Below are positions 27,868 to 38,655 of a DNA stretch of 64,000 nucleotides, in pieces. The notes under the pieces were generated by a model. It ran no database searches. It worked only from the letters and a program-made list of their open reading frames with translations, and was not told where the DNA came from. This DNA comes from Acidobacteriota bacterium (GTDB lineage: Bacteria > Acidobacteriota > UBA890 > WLXD01), in contig CAXWPH010000015.1 in the NCBI GenBank assembly GCA_963666055.2, positions 1,760,001-1,824,000 on the forward strand. Reading direction: 5' to 3'. Both the position numbers and the translations under genes were made by a program. Positions within the stretch are counted from its first letter, which is position 1. Each line of letters opens with the position of its first letter.

Positions 27868-29351
27868 TGACGGATGCCGTACAGAGCTCTGGTCCGCGCT
27901 TCGATGCTGTTAGCGAGAGCCTCTCCCAGGCGCCAGCCGTTGAGCGCCTCTGTGCCGCTGTAGTAGGTCAGGTATCGCCGAGCAAGCTCCGGCGCATCGG
28001 CCTCGAAAAGCTTCAGCGCGGTCCGCTCGACGCTCTCCTGGCGCTCGATCAATCGTGCTTCGAAGGCCTCGAGCGCCTCCGTGACCTCGGGCAGGAACTT
28101 CTCCTGATGCTCCTCGGTCAGGTAGAGCAGGCGTTTGTAGGTGCGCAGTGCGAAGCGGGTGGACTCGACGCCACGCGCCGCATCCGACATGAATCCCGTG
28201 GCCTCGCCGCTGCTTAGGTAGCGGTGGCGTCGAAGCTCGAGCGGCACCTCGGTGGTGCCGATATAAAACGGGATGAACGGCGCCATCGACGACGTCGTTG
28301 CAGCGACCCAAAGCACCCCGAGCTCCGGGTGCATGCCCTTGCGCAGATGAGCCACCTGCCCGTAGCCGGCAGAGTCGCCGGTCAGCTCGGTGGTACGGAC
28401 CACGGCGATCATGTCCGTCAGGCCGACCTTGCCGGCCAGCTTCCGCAGTCGCTCCTCGATCATCACCACTGCCGGATGCCGCATCTGGCCGTCGCCGTAG
28501 ATCTTGTTGACGTTGAACGGCTCACCGGAGTCCGGGTGGTACCAGCCCTGCTCGACGGCGAACGACACCAGGTTGGGTGAGCCCATGTGGTCAGCGCTGG
28601 CCTCGAAGTCCACCGGGATGTCGCCGATATAACCGGGACGTGAGACTCGCACGTCGTCCGGACCGAGCCGCTCTGCCGCCCACAGCCCGTTGCCGCCGGC
28701 GAAGTTGATGAATACCCAGCCCTCGTCGGCATCGGCGAACAGGTGCGAGTTGCCGCCGTAGCTGGTGTAGCCGTACTCGTTGATCAGGCCGCCGATGATC
28801 TCGACCGCGCCGCGCGCCGTGCGCGCGCGCTGCAAGGCAATGCGCGCCAGATCGCTGTAGTTCGGACCGCCCAGTTGCGGATTGGGGGTCATCTCCACCA
28901 GCTCGCGCCGCGACGGTGACCAGACGTCGCGCGCCGCCACGCCGTGCTCGTTGAGACCGCCGTTCGTGAGCGGCTCCGGATAGCCAGCGTACTCGGAGTA
29001 GTTCATCGTGATGTACTTCGCGGTGCGCGCCGCCTGCGGGATCTGCGACATGCTGGCAGGCAACCTAGCGTTTTCCGTCGCGCCCACCCAGATCATCGTG
29101 CCCGGCGCATGGGTGCGCGCCGGCAAGATCTCCAGCCAGTGGCTCGAGGGCTCGTCGCCGTAGCCGCCGAGGAACACGCTGCCGTCGATCGTGAGGTTCT
29201 TGCCCACGTACACGCAGTAGCTCGCCCAGGCCGGGTTGGCAGAGGCCACAAGGGCGACCAGAACCATCGCCAGAACCCGCTTCGCCTTGGCTGTCGCGCT
29301 CTGGTCTCGAGCACCTAACGTACGCACCACGAAACGTTGCCGCTTCTTCAT
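27864..29351 (-). CDS. C69 dipeptidase-like Ntn hydrolase, exported
   Basis: SYCVYVGKNLTIDGS, GGLNEHGV, ARTARGAVEIIGGLINEYGY, ADADEGW and PFIPFY. GAGG before ATG 29351. Confidence 0.8.
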   Translation of the reverse strand: MKKRQRFVVRTLGARDQSATAKAKRVLAMVLVALVASANPAWASYCVYVGKNLTIDGSVFLGGYGDEPSSHWLEILPARTHAPGTMIWVGATENARLPASMSQIPQAARTAKYITMNYSEYAGYPEPLTNGGLNEHGVAARDVWSPSRRELVEMTPNPQLGGPNYSDLARIALQRARTARGAVEIIGGLINEYGYTSYGGNSHLFADADEGWVFINFAGGNGLWAAERLGPDDVRVSRPGYIGDIPVDFEASADHMGSPNLVSFAVEQGWYHPDSGEPFNVNKIYGDGQMRHPAVVMIEERLRKLAGKVGLTDMIAVVRTTELTGDSAGYGQVAHLRKGMHPELGVLWVAATTSSMAPFIPFYIGTTEVPLELRRHRYLSSGEATGFMSDAARGVESTRFALRTYKRLLYLTEEHQEKFLPEVTEALEAFEARLIERQESVERTALKLFEADAPELARRYLTYYSGTEALNGWRLGEALANSIEARTRALYGIRQ

Positions 29352-29443
29352 TACCACCACCTCTTCTCTCAGGGTTGCGGCTCCACCGGCCCTCCGACTC
29401 CGCCGATGTTCTCGAATCATCCGTTCCAGCGCCAAGACGGTAG

Positions 29444-31588
29444 TCAACGCCGCGCCTCGATCGCACGCAATAGTTCATCGTAGCGCCGGTTCGCCTCCAC
29501 GACGCGCTGCCGTATCAGCGGACGCTGGCGTTGCCACAGGGACTCGAGGTCGTCGTCCGTCTCCCAGAACTCCAGCTCGTGTACGGGAACGATCGGTGTA
29601 TCCACGAGTCGGCTCAATCGAGCTCGCATCACGTCAATGAGCGCCGGCGCACGCTCGGCGCTCCAGGAACCGTGGCCATCAACCTCAACGTAGACCGGCG
29701 ACGAGTGGGCGAGGGCCTGCGCCTTGCCGTAGGCGCGCACCGCCAACCAGGCCCCTGTTTGTGCGGTCAGCTGGTGGCGCAGCGTCAGGGTGCCTTCTGA
29801 GTCGGACGTCGACACGCTCGCCACAACATCGCCGTGAGCTACGAGCTCCAGCCGATCGAGCTCATCGATGTCGGGGTTGATGCGGGCGGTCGCCTCGATG
29901 TTCAGCACATCACCGCGCCCCGCGCTCATCGCTGAGCCCATGCCCTGCCCGTTGATCTCGAACGTCAGCATCGGACCGTTGGTCACGAAGGTGTTGCCTT
30001 TCTCCAGCGCGCCGTACCAGGCCTGCGGGGTGAACTCACCTTCTACGCGGGCGTAGCTGCGCACCGCGCCGGCCTGGTCGTAGTAGGGAAAGTCGGACCC
30101 TGCCACCGGGGTCAACTGGTAGCCGAGGTTGAGAAACTCGTACCACAGCTCGGTGTACAGCGATCCGCCCTGGAGAATCTCCACGAAGTCAACAAGGCCG
30201 AACGGAACGTCGAGCGCCAACCCCCAGGAGCCGTTGAACTCTTCCTGTCCTACGTGCGCGTAGCCGCTCACTCCACCTTGTTGGGCGTAATCCTCGAAGA
30301 CCTCGTGGTAGAGGAAGTACTGCTCGGGCCGGTGCAAGGGCTCGAGGATATTGAGCGATATGGTGTGGCCTCGTTGCGCCGTGCGCGGACCCTCGATGCC
30401 GGGGACGACGACGTGATCACCGACAAGGTGTTGCCCGTCAATTCCCCAGGCATATTGCGCGAAGTGAACTGCGGCCGGATTGTTCATCTCCAACGTGTTG
30501 GAAACGTGCACATCCTCGGCGCGGAGGTAGGCGCTGATGCGATCGTCGCCCGACTTGTCGGGGCGCGCGACGTGGATGTGAACATCGCCCGAATACCAGT
30601 TCCTGGCTGGCATATCGTCCCAGCGCGGAATCACCACTTCGAGCTCGAGCTCGCGCCCGACCTCGACCTTGAGCTGTCGTTCGATGATCCGATACTCGGG
30701 CCCCTTGGATACGACGAGGTGATAGGTACCCGCAGCAACCTCGGCGCGGTACCTGCCGTCGGCGTAGAACACGTGTCGGTTGTCGGCCGGCCAAGGCTGC
30801 GACAACCCGAACGTGCCGCCGCGCAGGAAGATCTGCCTGGCCTCGTCATCGTAAAAGTTGACGATCAGAGCATCGTCGCTGGGCAGCGGCATGCGACCGG
30901 TGGCGTCGTACAACCCGAGCCGCACCGGCGTGGGCTCGCCGCTTGCTCCGTCGATAAGACTCATCTCGACGTGCCCGAATCCGGCCGGCGCCGTGCTTCG
31001 GTATGAGCGCTTCAAAGCTACGGAGCACACGCTGAGGGTGTTCGGCTCGTCGGTGGCGCGCCGGCGGTTGGCACCGATCGCCGACAGAGCGATATCCGTC
31101 CCTCCCATGCCGCGGTTGGCGAAACGGGCGCGCTCGAGCGTGATGACCTCGCGGCGCCAGCGGCCGGCGGCGCGCTCCGGCGGCGCAATCTCGCTGACCG
31201 CCTCACTCCGTCCACTACGATCGTAAGAAAGCATGATGGTACCGGTGGCCTCGCTGTCGAGCTCCAGCTCGAGCTCCACCGTCTCATCGATATCGAACGC
31301 GAACGCGTCATCGACATCGAGCGCGATGAAGCTGGCCTCAACACAACGGCGTCCGTCGATCTCGTGGACCGTAGGAAGCTCGCGGCGCGGAAAAGCGAAC
31401 AGGCCGAGCGAATCCGGATAGCCGCCCGACAATGTGCGACCGACGTTCGGCATCGGCCAGTGAATCTCGACCAAACCGAGCGGGTTGGTATGCGCCAGCG
31501 CCTGGCTCGCCGCCCAGGCCAGCAGCAGCGCTACTGCGCCGGCCGCACAGAGCGTGGAACGTATTGGTACGGAGGTCATCCTTATCAT
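29444..31588 (-). CDS. CehA/McbA-family (PHP-like) metallohydrolase, exported
   Basis: WYSGDVHIH, GYAH, WYEFLNLG, AGSDFP, FVTNGP and AHSSPVYV. Confidence 0.82.
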   Translation of the reverse strand: MIRMTSVPIRSTLCAAGAVALLLAWAASQALAHTNPLGLVEIHWPMPNVGRTLSGGYPDSLGLFAFPRRELPTVHEIDGRRCVEASFIALDVDDAFAFDIDETVELELELDSEATGTIMLSYDRSGRSEAVSEIAPPERAAGRWRREVITLERARFANRGMGGTDIALSAIGANRRRATDEPNTLSVCSVALKRSYRSTAPAGFGHVEMSLIDGASGEPTPVRLGLYDATGRMPLPSDDALIVNFYDDEARQIFLRGGTFGLSQPWPADNRHVFYADGRYRAEVAAGTYHLVVSKGPEYRIIERQLKVEVGRELELEVVIPRWDDMPARNWYSGDVHIHVARPDKSGDDRISAYLRAEDVHVSNTLEMNNPAAVHFAQYAWGIDGQHLVGDHVVVPGIEGPRTAQRGHTISLNILEPLHRPEQYFLYHEVFEDYAQQGGVSGYAHVGQEEFNGSWGLALDVPFGLVDFVEILQGGSLYTELWYEFLNLGYQLTPVAGSDFPYYDQAGAVRSYARVEGEFTPQAWYGALEKGNTFVTNGPMLTFEINGQGMGSAMSAGRGDVLNIEATARINPDIDELDRLELVAHGDVVASVSTSDSEGTLTLRHQLTAQTGAWLAVRAYGKAQALAHSSPVYVEVDGHGSWSAERAPALIDVMRARLSRLVDTPIVPVHELEFWETDDDLESLWQRQRPLIRQRVVEANRRYDELLRAIEARR

Positions 31589-31675
31589 CCTGGTAGTGAT
31601 AGCAAGCAGCCGGGGACCACACCAGCGTTGTCCGGGGGCGATCCTGAGCCGGCGCTAAGGTATCGTACCGGCGCC

Positions 31676-33292
31676 ATGATTTGCCGAAGCCCGTTTCCGG
31701 ACGTGGAAATCCCGCACGACGTGTCGCTCACCGACTTCGTCCTGCAAGGCGCAGCCGAGTACGGCGACAAGCCGGCGATGATCAACGGCGCGACCGATGA
31801 GGTCACCTCGTTCGCGGCGTTTGTCGCTGCCGTGTCGAACGTCGCCGCCAATCTTGCCGAGCGCGGGTTCAGCAGAGGCGACATATTCGCCTTCTACGCT
31901 GTCAACTCCCCTGAGTACGCCATCGCTTTCCTGGCGGTCGCGAAGCTCGGCGGCACCGTCACCACCGTCAACCCGTTGTACACCGAGGGCGAGCTCCAGC
32001 ATCAGCTCGAAGACTCCGGCGCCAGCTTTCTGATCACCAACCCAGATTTCTTCGACCGGGCAGGCGCCGCCGCGCGAGCAGCCGGCGTTACGCAGCTCTA
32101 CGTCTTCGGCGAGACCGAGGGCGCCACTTCGTTTGCCGAGCTCATGGTCTCCGAGCGGACAGCTTCGACAACGCCGCAAGAAGTACCGGCAGCGCAGATC
32201 GACCGCCGCACCGATCTAGTGGTGCTCCCTTACTCCAGCGGCACCACCGGCCTTCCCAAGGGAGTGAAGCTGACCCATTACAACCTGATAGCGAACCTGC
32301 AGCAGATCGCCGGGGTCGCACCGGGAAGCGACTACGCGGTGACCGAAGACGACACGCTGATCGGCGTGCTGCCGTTCTTCCACATCTACGGCATGATCAT
32401 GATGCTCTACTCGCTGATGCGAGGCTGCACGTTGGTCGCCCTGCCGCGTTTCGACCTGGAGCACTTCCTGACCACGTTGGAGCGTTACAAGGTGACCTAC
32501 ATTCACATAGTGCCGCCGATCGTTGTCCTGTTGTCAAAGCACGCCGCAGTCGATGAGTACTCCCTATCGCATCTGCGGCAGATAATCTGCGGCGCCGCAC
32601 CGCTCGGCGAGGACGTCGCCACGGACGTCGCCAAACGCCTTGGTGTACCCGTCAACCAGGCGTGGGGAATGACCGAGCTCAGCCCTGTCGGGCACATGAA
32701 TCCCGACCCACCCGAGATCATCGATACGTCCTCGGTCGGTCCGTGCGTTCCCAACGCCGAGTCCAAGATCATCGATGTCGACAGCGGCGAGATCCTGGGG
32801 CCGAACGAACGTGGCGAGCTCTGCCAGCGCGGTCCGCATGTCATGGTCGGATACCTCAACGCGCCCGAGGCCACGGCCCACTGCATCGACGAGGAGGGGT
32901 GGCTGCACACCGGCGATATCGCCTATGCCAACGACGCCGGCTACGTCTGGGTAGTGGATCGCGCCAAGGAGCTCATCAAGTACAAGGGCTTCCAGGTGGC
33001 GCCGGCTGAGCTCGAGGCGCTGATTCTGACCCACACCTCGGTGGCCGACGTGGCGGTGATCGGCGTCCCAGACGAGGAAGCCGGCGAGCTTCCGAAGGCC
33101 TTCGTGGTCACCAAGGACGTCCCGCCCGACGACGCCAACGACCAGCTGGCGGCGGATATCCAGAGCTTCGTCGCCGAACAGGTGGCGCCCCACAAGAAGA
33201 TCCGCACCATCGAGTTCATCGACGCTATTCCGAAGTCGGCGTCGGGAAAGATCCTCCGCCGTGAATTGGTCGAGCGGGAGCGTGCCAGGTGA
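31676..33292 (+). CDS. 4-coumarate-CoA ligase-like adenylate-forming enzyme
   Basis: LPYSSGTTGLPKG, LPFFHIYG, GELCQRG, IKYKGFQVAPAELE and PKSASGKILR. Confidence 0.88.
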   Translation: MICRSPFPDVEIPHDVSLTDFVLQGAAEYGDKPAMINGATDEVTSFAAFVAAVSNVAANLAERGFSRGDIFAFYAVNSPEYAIAFLAVAKLGGTVTTVNPLYTEGELQHQLEDSGASFLITNPDFFDRAGAAARAAGVTQLYVFGETEGATSFAELMVSERTASTTPQEVPAAQIDRRTDLVVLPYSSGTTGLPKGVKLTHYNLIANLQQIAGVAPGSDYAVTEDDTLIGVLPFFHIYGMIMMLYSLMRGCTLVALPRFDLEHFLTTLERYKVTYIHIVPPIVVLLSKHAAVDEYSLSHLRQIICGAAPLGEDVATDVAKRLGVPVNQAWGMTELSPVGHMNPDPPEIIDTSSVGPCVPNAESKIIDVDSGEILGPNERGELCQRGPHVMVGYLNAPEATAHCIDEEGWLHTGDIAYANDAGYVWVVDRAKELIKYKGFQVAPAELEALILTHTSVADVAVIGVPDEEAGELPKAFVVTKDVPPDDANDQLAADIQSFVAEQVAPHKKIRTIEFIDAIPKSASGKILRRELVERERAR

Positions 33293-34752
33293 CCGGGCAA
33301 ACGATCGCCGAACAGGCACGCGCCGAAAAGAGCAAGCTCAAGAAGGTCATGGGACCCCGCGACCTGGTGCTCTTCTACATCGCCTGCATCGTCACCATGC
33401 GCGTTGTGGCGCTATCGACGGAAAACGGTCCGAGCGTGCTGGTGCTCTGGGTGCTGGGCTTCGTCCTGTTCTATGTTCCGCAGGCGTTCACGACAATCGA
33501 GCTCACCGCCCGGCACCCCGAAGAGGGCGGTATCTACATCTGGGTGCAACGCGCCTTCGGCGATTTTCATGGGTTCATCACGGCGTGGTTTTACTGGGCC
33601 ACCAACCTCGTCTACTTCCCCGCCGCGCTGCTGTTCTCGGCCAGCAACGCCGCGTTCGTCATCCCGCGCTGGTCGTATCTGGCCGAACGCCCGGGCTTCC
33701 TCGCCGCGTATTCGGTCGTCGGGATCACCATCGTCGTTGTGGTCAACGTCCTCGGCCTCGACGTCGCCAAGCGCCTCCACAATGCCAGCGGCTACCTGAA
33801 CATGTGGGTGCCTGGGCTGATCGTCGTTGCGTTGGGCTTTCTCACATGGGTCAACTACGGCTCGGCAAACGAATTCTCGGCGCGCACCGTGACCCCCACC
33901 TTCGGAGGGCTCTCCGATCTCATCCTGCTGGCGGCGGTCGCCTACGGGTTCACCGGCCTCGAGTCGGCCTCGGTGATGAGCGAAGAGGTGCAGGACCCCA
34001 AGCGCAACGTCCCCCGAGCGCTCGCCATCGCCGGCGTGATGATGCTTGGCATGTTCATCCTGATCTCCTGGGCGATTCTGACGGTGCTCCCGGTGGATCA
34101 GGTGACCGGCCTGACCGGGCTGACCGACACGGCTCGAGTTGCCGGCACGAGGCTGGTCGGCTCCACGATGGGCGGCTTGCTGGGCTCGCTGGTTGCGCTC
34201 TGCCTGTGTATCGCAGCGATCGGCACGGTAAGCGCCTGGATGGCTACCTGCGCCCGGCTGCCATTCGTCGCCGGCCTCGACCGCTATCTGCCGAAAGCCT
34301 TTGGAACCTTGCACCCGAAGTACGCCACCCCGCACGTCTCGGTGATCACGCTCGGCGTCGCCACGGCGGTATTGATCATCCTCGGCAGCATGGGCGGCAC
34401 GGCGCAACAGATCTATCGCATCTTCATCAGCCTCGAGATCGTCGTCTACTTCATCCCGTTCATGTACATGTTCGCGGCGCTGCTGGTCATGCAGCGGCAC
34501 CCGGCAGCCGAAGGCATCCAGCGCGCGCCGTTCGCACCCTATGGCGCCTACCTCGCCGGCGGTACGGGCTTCGTGGTAACCGCTGCGTCGCTGGTTTTCG
34601 CCCTCATCCCGGGCAACAGCGTTGCCGACCCGACGTTCTTCTACATCACCGTCTTCGGAATGCTGGCGCTGCTGACCGTCCTCGGCGTAAGCCTCTACGC
34701 CAACGGCATGCGACGCCGGCGGCGCATCGAGACGGTGCCCGAAGCGGTCTGA
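33289..34752 (+). CDS. APC-family amino acid/polyamine permease
   Basis: PEEGGIYIWV, FTGLESAS..EEVQDPKRNVPRA, ~12 TM helices. GTGA overlap with the upstream gene. Confidence 0.9.
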   Translation: MTGQTIAEQARAEKSKLKKVMGPRDLVLFYIACIVTMRVVALSTENGPSVLVLWVLGFVLFYVPQAFTTIELTARHPEEGGIYIWVQRAFGDFHGFITAWFYWATNLVYFPAALLFSASNAAFVIPRWSYLAERPGFLAAYSVVGITIVVVVNVLGLDVAKRLHNASGYLNMWVPGLIVVALGFLTWVNYGSANEFSARTVTPTFGGLSDLILLAAVAYGFTGLESASVMSEEVQDPKRNVPRALAIAGVMMLGMFILISWAILTVLPVDQVTGLTGLTDTARVAGTRLVGSTMGGLLGSLVALCLCIAAIGTVSAWMATCARLPFVAGLDRYLPKAFGTLHPKYATPHVSVITLGVATAVLIILGSMGGTAQQIYRIFISLEIVVYFIPFMYMFAALLVMQRHPAAEGIQRAPFAPYGAYLAGGTGFVVTAASLVFALIPGNSVADPTFFYITVFGMLALLTVLGVSLYANGMRRRRRIETVPEAV

Positions 34753-34798
34753 GCATCACCGCCGCTTCCGGGCAACCCGGGAGATCGCGGCGCGGCGA

Positions 34799-36688
34799 CT
34801 AACCGGACAGTAGCTCGTGGACCGCTCGGTGCGCCTGACCGATGGCCTCTTCGGTCATGGCGATGGCACCCGCGTCTGAATTGGCGATGGAGATGCGACC
34901 GAACGGTCGGCGGCCGCGTACCCAGGTGCGCTTCTTTTCCGGCCACTCCTCGGTAGTCCAGTAGATGTCGCCGCTTTCCGGGTCGTATCCCCAGGCGTAG
35001 CCGTGCGGCCAGCGGTTGACGGTAATCGCCTCGATGTCGCGCGCCGGATCGAACCCGCCAGCCGACAGCATGCGGCCAAGCTGATCGCGGATCTCACGCT
35101 CGAAGGTCTCAAAGCTCGTGGTCAGCAGATTCCAACGACCCGCTTTCCACTGGTCGGCGATCGGCAGGCCCGGGCTGAGCGGCACACGCGTGAGCTGCAA
35201 CACCATGGGTTCCTCTGGCGTGCGCGGACACTCATAGGTGCCCATGCTCACCGGATCGCCGAGGCGTACGCCGGTGTGATAGCCACCCGGGCAGTGGGCG
35301 CTGTTCAGCTTCAGGTTGGCGAACGACGTCCAGTCACGCAGCAACACCCGCGTGTACACCAGCGGCGCCTTGAGCGCATACGACAGAGCCTTGCGTTGCG
35401 ACTCCGGCAGCTCCGGGCACAGATGCGGAATCACTGCGTTGTAGCAGGCCATCACGCACTGGCGTGCGTGCACGGTTTGGGCGACGTCGTTGCGCACATA
35501 AGTCACGTCGACAGTGTCGGCGCTCTTTGCATCCCCCACGTGTTCGACATGGACGGCGGTGCTGTTGAGTCGGATCCGTACCGCCGCCCCCTCACGATCG
35601 AGCATGGAGTAGTCGAAGCGAGCGGTGACGATGTCCTCCATGCCGCCGGCTGGGGCCACCTCGGGAATCATCGACCGCACCATCAGGCGAATGATCGATG
35701 CGTTGCCATCGGGGAACCGGAAGTACGCGCCGCTGCGCTGATGCGGCGCCAGGCCCAGCGCGTCGAGCCCCGGGTAGCCTGACCATATTGCCGGCGATAT
35801 CGGTAGCGATTCGATACCAGCGTTCCAGTAGCCGTGGCCGCGTGAGTGCAGGTACGGAAGGACCCCGGTGTCGACCTTGGCAAGGTCGAGCAGGAAATCC
35901 TGGTATGTCATGCCCTGCAGACGGGCCCGCTTTTCCTCGGGTGACAGGCCCTCCAGGTAGTCGATCCCACCCTCGTGCAGTCGGATCAGGTCCTTCTTGA
36001 CCTGCTCGGACAGCGGCGCGCCGGCGAGAAACTCCGGCCATGGCTTCGACCCCTGGCCTACCGCCAGATGATCGGCGCCGAACGTCTCGCGGTCGAAGAA
36101 CACCCCACGCTGCAACCCGAGCTTGCGGTAGATCTGCCGATCGACGTACTCGGAATAGCGCTCGGGCTCGATTCCCAGCGCGCTGATCAGCCCCTTGGCG
36201 GCCTCCCCGTATTGCGAGTAGTCCTCGATTTCCACGGTGCCGCCGTTCATCAACAGCATGCGGTCGCCGGAGATGAATTCGTTGCGCTTGGCGTGCCCGC
36301 CGAAGTCGTCGTGGTTGTCGATCACCAGGATCTTGGCGCCCGGGCCGGCCTCCTGGAGAAAGAAGTAGGCGGCAGCAAGGCCGCTCATCCCACCGCCTAC
36401 CACCACCAGGTCGTAGGTCTCGCCACTATCGGTGGGCTGCCAGCGCTTGCCATCACGCAGCGCGTGGGCGACATCGAACGAGCCCGGATGGCTGCCCCGC
36501 ATACCGGTGAGCGCCGGCGGGTAGTACTCAGCGCCTTGAACTGACGGCGCCGCTCCCTCTGAGGCATAGGCGCGCGCCTGAGCCCACGGGAAGAGCAGTG
36601 AGCCGGTAATCGCCACCCCGGCGCCGTCGATAAAGTCCCGGCGGCTTATCTTCCGCCCCATTCCTAACTCACCGTCGCGACGCTTCAT
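34799..36688 (-). CDS. Tat-exported flavoprotein, spermidine dehydrogenase (SpdH)-like
   Basis: ISRRDF Tat motif, YYPPALTGMRGSHPGSF, VVVGGGMSG, DNHDDFGGHAKRNEF, FPDGNAS and ITVNRWPHGYA. ATGA overlap with the upstream gene. Confidence 0.85.
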   Translation of the reverse strand: MKRRDGELGMGRKISRRDFIDGAGVAITGSLLFPWAQARAYASEGAAPSVQGAEYYPPALTGMRGSHPGSFDVAHALRDGKRWQPTDSGETYDLVVVGGGMSGLAAAYFFLQEAGPGAKILVIDNHDDFGGHAKRNEFISGDRMLLMNGGTVEIEDYSQYGEAAKGLISALGIEPERYSEYVDRQIYRKLGLQRGVFFDRETFGADHLAVGQGSKPWPEFLAGAPLSEQVKKDLIRLHEGGIDYLEGLSPEEKRARLQGMTYQDFLLDLAKVDTGVLPYLHSRGHGYWNAGIESLPISPAIWSGYPGLDALGLAPHQRSGAYFRFPDGNASIIRLMVRSMIPEVAPAGGMEDIVTARFDYSMLDREGAAVRIRLNSTAVHVEHVGDAKSADTVDVTYVRNDVAQTVHARQCVMACYNAVIPHLCPELPESQRKALSYALKAPLVYTRVLLRDWTSFANLKLNSAHCPGGYHTGVRLGDPVSMGTYECPRTPEEPMVLQLTRVPLSPGLPIADQWKAGRWNLLTTSFETFEREIRDQLGRMLSAGGFDPARDIEAITVNRWPHGYAWGYDPESGDIYWTTEEWPEKKRTWVRGRRPFGRISIANSDAGAIAMTEEAIGQAHRAVHELLSG

Positions 36689-37677
36689 TTGAGGAACAGC
36701 TCCCAGATCAGATCGCTGGCCGAGATGTCGCTGGTGGTGTAGGCGCCACCTTCCCGCTGGACGCCGCCCGGCCAAGTATGGCCACCGCCTTCGACGCGGT
36801 ACCACTCGGTGCTGGCCTCGCAGCCAGCCCACGAGAAGTGGACCACCTCATCGCTGACGGACTGCTCGATTGGCCCGCCCTCACAGCCATTGTGATCTGC
36901 CCACCTCTGCATCGCTTCGGGCACTGGTGGGTCGTTCCAGGGGTCGTCCGAGCCCTGGATGGGCACCACTGAGTCGGCGGTACCGTGGAAGTAGATGAAT
37001 GGCCGCGGCGGCGCGGCGCCGCACTCCGCCTCGTTGTAGTACATGTACGTGACCGGCCCGTAAGCGTTGAACGGACTGACGGGCAAGCAGGCCAGTGCCG
37101 AGACCATGTCGCCGCCGGCTGACATCCCGGTAGCGAAGAAGTCGCGGGTGTTGTACTCGCTCTGCAGGAGGTCGACGACCTCGAGGATGAAGTCGATGTC
37201 GAAATCCCTCTCCCGCAGATTCGCCTCCCACGCCCTGCCCCAGTAGCCCGCGAGCCTATGCGTGTCGTCGGGATAGACCCTGTTGTTGGCGTTGGGCATC
37301 ACGAGGATGACTCCATCGCGGTCCGCTTGCGCCATGAAGTCGCTGTAGGTGAACTGCGCCAGGGCGTTCGAGCCGGCGCCGTGGAAGCTGAAGACCACGT
37401 CGGCGAGCGTCCCTTCCTCGTAGCCAGCGGGCAGCCGGAGCAACCAGACGCGATCGGTGCCATCCGGAGCAGGGAGGGTGCGCTCCATATAGGGGCCCTT
37501 GAGGTCCCCCCCGGGGCCACTCAGGGAGCCCCCGGAGCCTCCTGAACCCTCGGGGCCTCCCGGCGCGTTTTGGGGGCCTCCGGAGCCTCCGGTAACGTCG
37601 TCGCCCGCCGGCTCGGCAGGCGTACCACAGGCAGTGAGGACGACGGCGGCGAGTAGCAGAGACCCATAGCGAAACAC
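36685..37677 (-). CDS. Alpha/beta-hydrolase lipoprotein (LpqP/PHB-depolymerase-like esterase)
   Basis: LTAC lipobox, Gly/Ser/Pro linker, FHGAG, GMSAGG nucleophile, FHGTAD and GGGHTWPG. Start uncertain. Confidence 0.82.
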   Translation of the reverse strand: MFRYGSLLLAAVVLTACGTPAEPAGDDVTGGSGGPQNAPGGPEGSGGSGGSLSGPGGDLKGPYMERTLPAPDGTDRVWLLRLPAGYEEGTLADVVFSFHGAGSNALAQFTYSDFMAQADRDGVILVMPNANNRVYPDDTHRLAGYWGRAWEANLRERDFDIDFILEVVDLLQSEYNTRDFFATGMSAGGDMVSALACLPVSPFNAYGPVTYMYYNEAECGAAPPRPFIYFHGTADSVVPIQGSDDPWNDPPVPEAMQRWADHNGCEGGPIEQSVSDEVVHFSWAGCEASTEWYRVEGGGHTWPGGVQREGGAYTTSDISASDLIWELFLK

Positions 37678-37851
37678 GCTGCGGAGGCCCACTGCGCTCG
37701 TCGGCCGTGCGCGGGCTCGACCCGTTGCGAGGGCGACCCTGTCCCGGATCCGGAAGAGATTGTCGAAACGCATCGGCTCACCTTAGGCGGATTGAGATCA
37801 ATGCAGGCAGTGTACTCCGGCAGCTTTGGCGGGCCGATATGCTGGGTGGCC

Positions 37852-38655
37852 ATGAGCCACGACGAGACAATGGACTACAACGACATCCTCGGCCTGTTGG
37901 AGCTGGTCTGGGGTGAGGGGTACATGTCGCCCGGCGGCCCGGTGGAGGTCGCGCTCCTCTTGGAGGGCATCGATCTGACGCGACTCGAGGTCCTCGACGT
38001 GGGCTGTGGCACCGGCGGTATCGACGTCGAGCTCGTCCGCAACCACGGCGCTGCCAGGGTTCTGGGCATCGACGTCGACCCGGCCTTGATCGAACGCGCC
38101 ATCGCCCGGGCCGAGCACGAGCGACTGACGCATCAGCTCGACTTCCGGACGGTGAAACCAGGGCCCCTGTCCGTTGCGGACGAATCGATCGACGTCGTCT
38201 TCAGCAAGGACGCCCTCCTTCATATTCCCGACAAGGCCCCATTCATCGACGATGTGTTCCGGGTGCTCCGACCGGGTGGGCGCTTCGTTGCCAGCGATTG
38301 GCTGTGTCGCGACGACGAGCCCCCGACGCCCGATATGCGCCACTGGATCGAAAGCGAGGGACTCGGTTTTTTTCCGGCCTCGCCCAGAGACTACGACGAG
38401 GCGTTCGCGGGAAGCGGCTTCGGTACCGGAGCACTGACCGACCGGAACCACTGGTATCGTGACCTCGCCCGCAACGAGCATGCCCGAATTGCGGCAGGCG
38501 GCGATCTGAACGAGCGGGTGCACGAGCTGCTAGGCGATGAGAACGCGAGGCGAGAGATCGAGGTATGGCGCGCGATGACCGTGGTGCTGGACAGCGGCGA
38601 GCTACGCCCGACCCACCTTCGCGCAGTGAAACCCGACGACCCCAGCCCACGCTAG
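37852..38655 (+). CDS. SAM-dependent methyltransferase, phosphoethanolamine N-methyltransferase-like
   Basis: WGEGYMSPGG, VLDVGCGTGG, FSKDALLHIPDK and VLRPGG. Confidence 0.82.
   Translation: MSHDETMDYNDILGLLELVWGEGYMSPGGPVEVALLLEGIDLTRLEVLDVGCGTGGIDVELVRNHGAARVLGIDVDPALIERAIARAEHERLTHQLDFRTVKPGPLSVADESIDVVFSKDALLHIPDKAPFIDDVFRVLRPGGRFVASDWLCRDDEPPTPDMRHWIESEGLGFFPASPRDYDEAFAGSGFGTGALTDRNHWYRDLARNEHARIAAGGDLNERVHELLGDENARREIEVWRAMTVVLDSGELRPTHLRAVKPDDPSPR

Noticed and set aside
37505-37595. Repeated GGAGCCTCC-like units
   Set aside because: They encode the Gly/Ser/Pro linker of the esterase lipoprotein.
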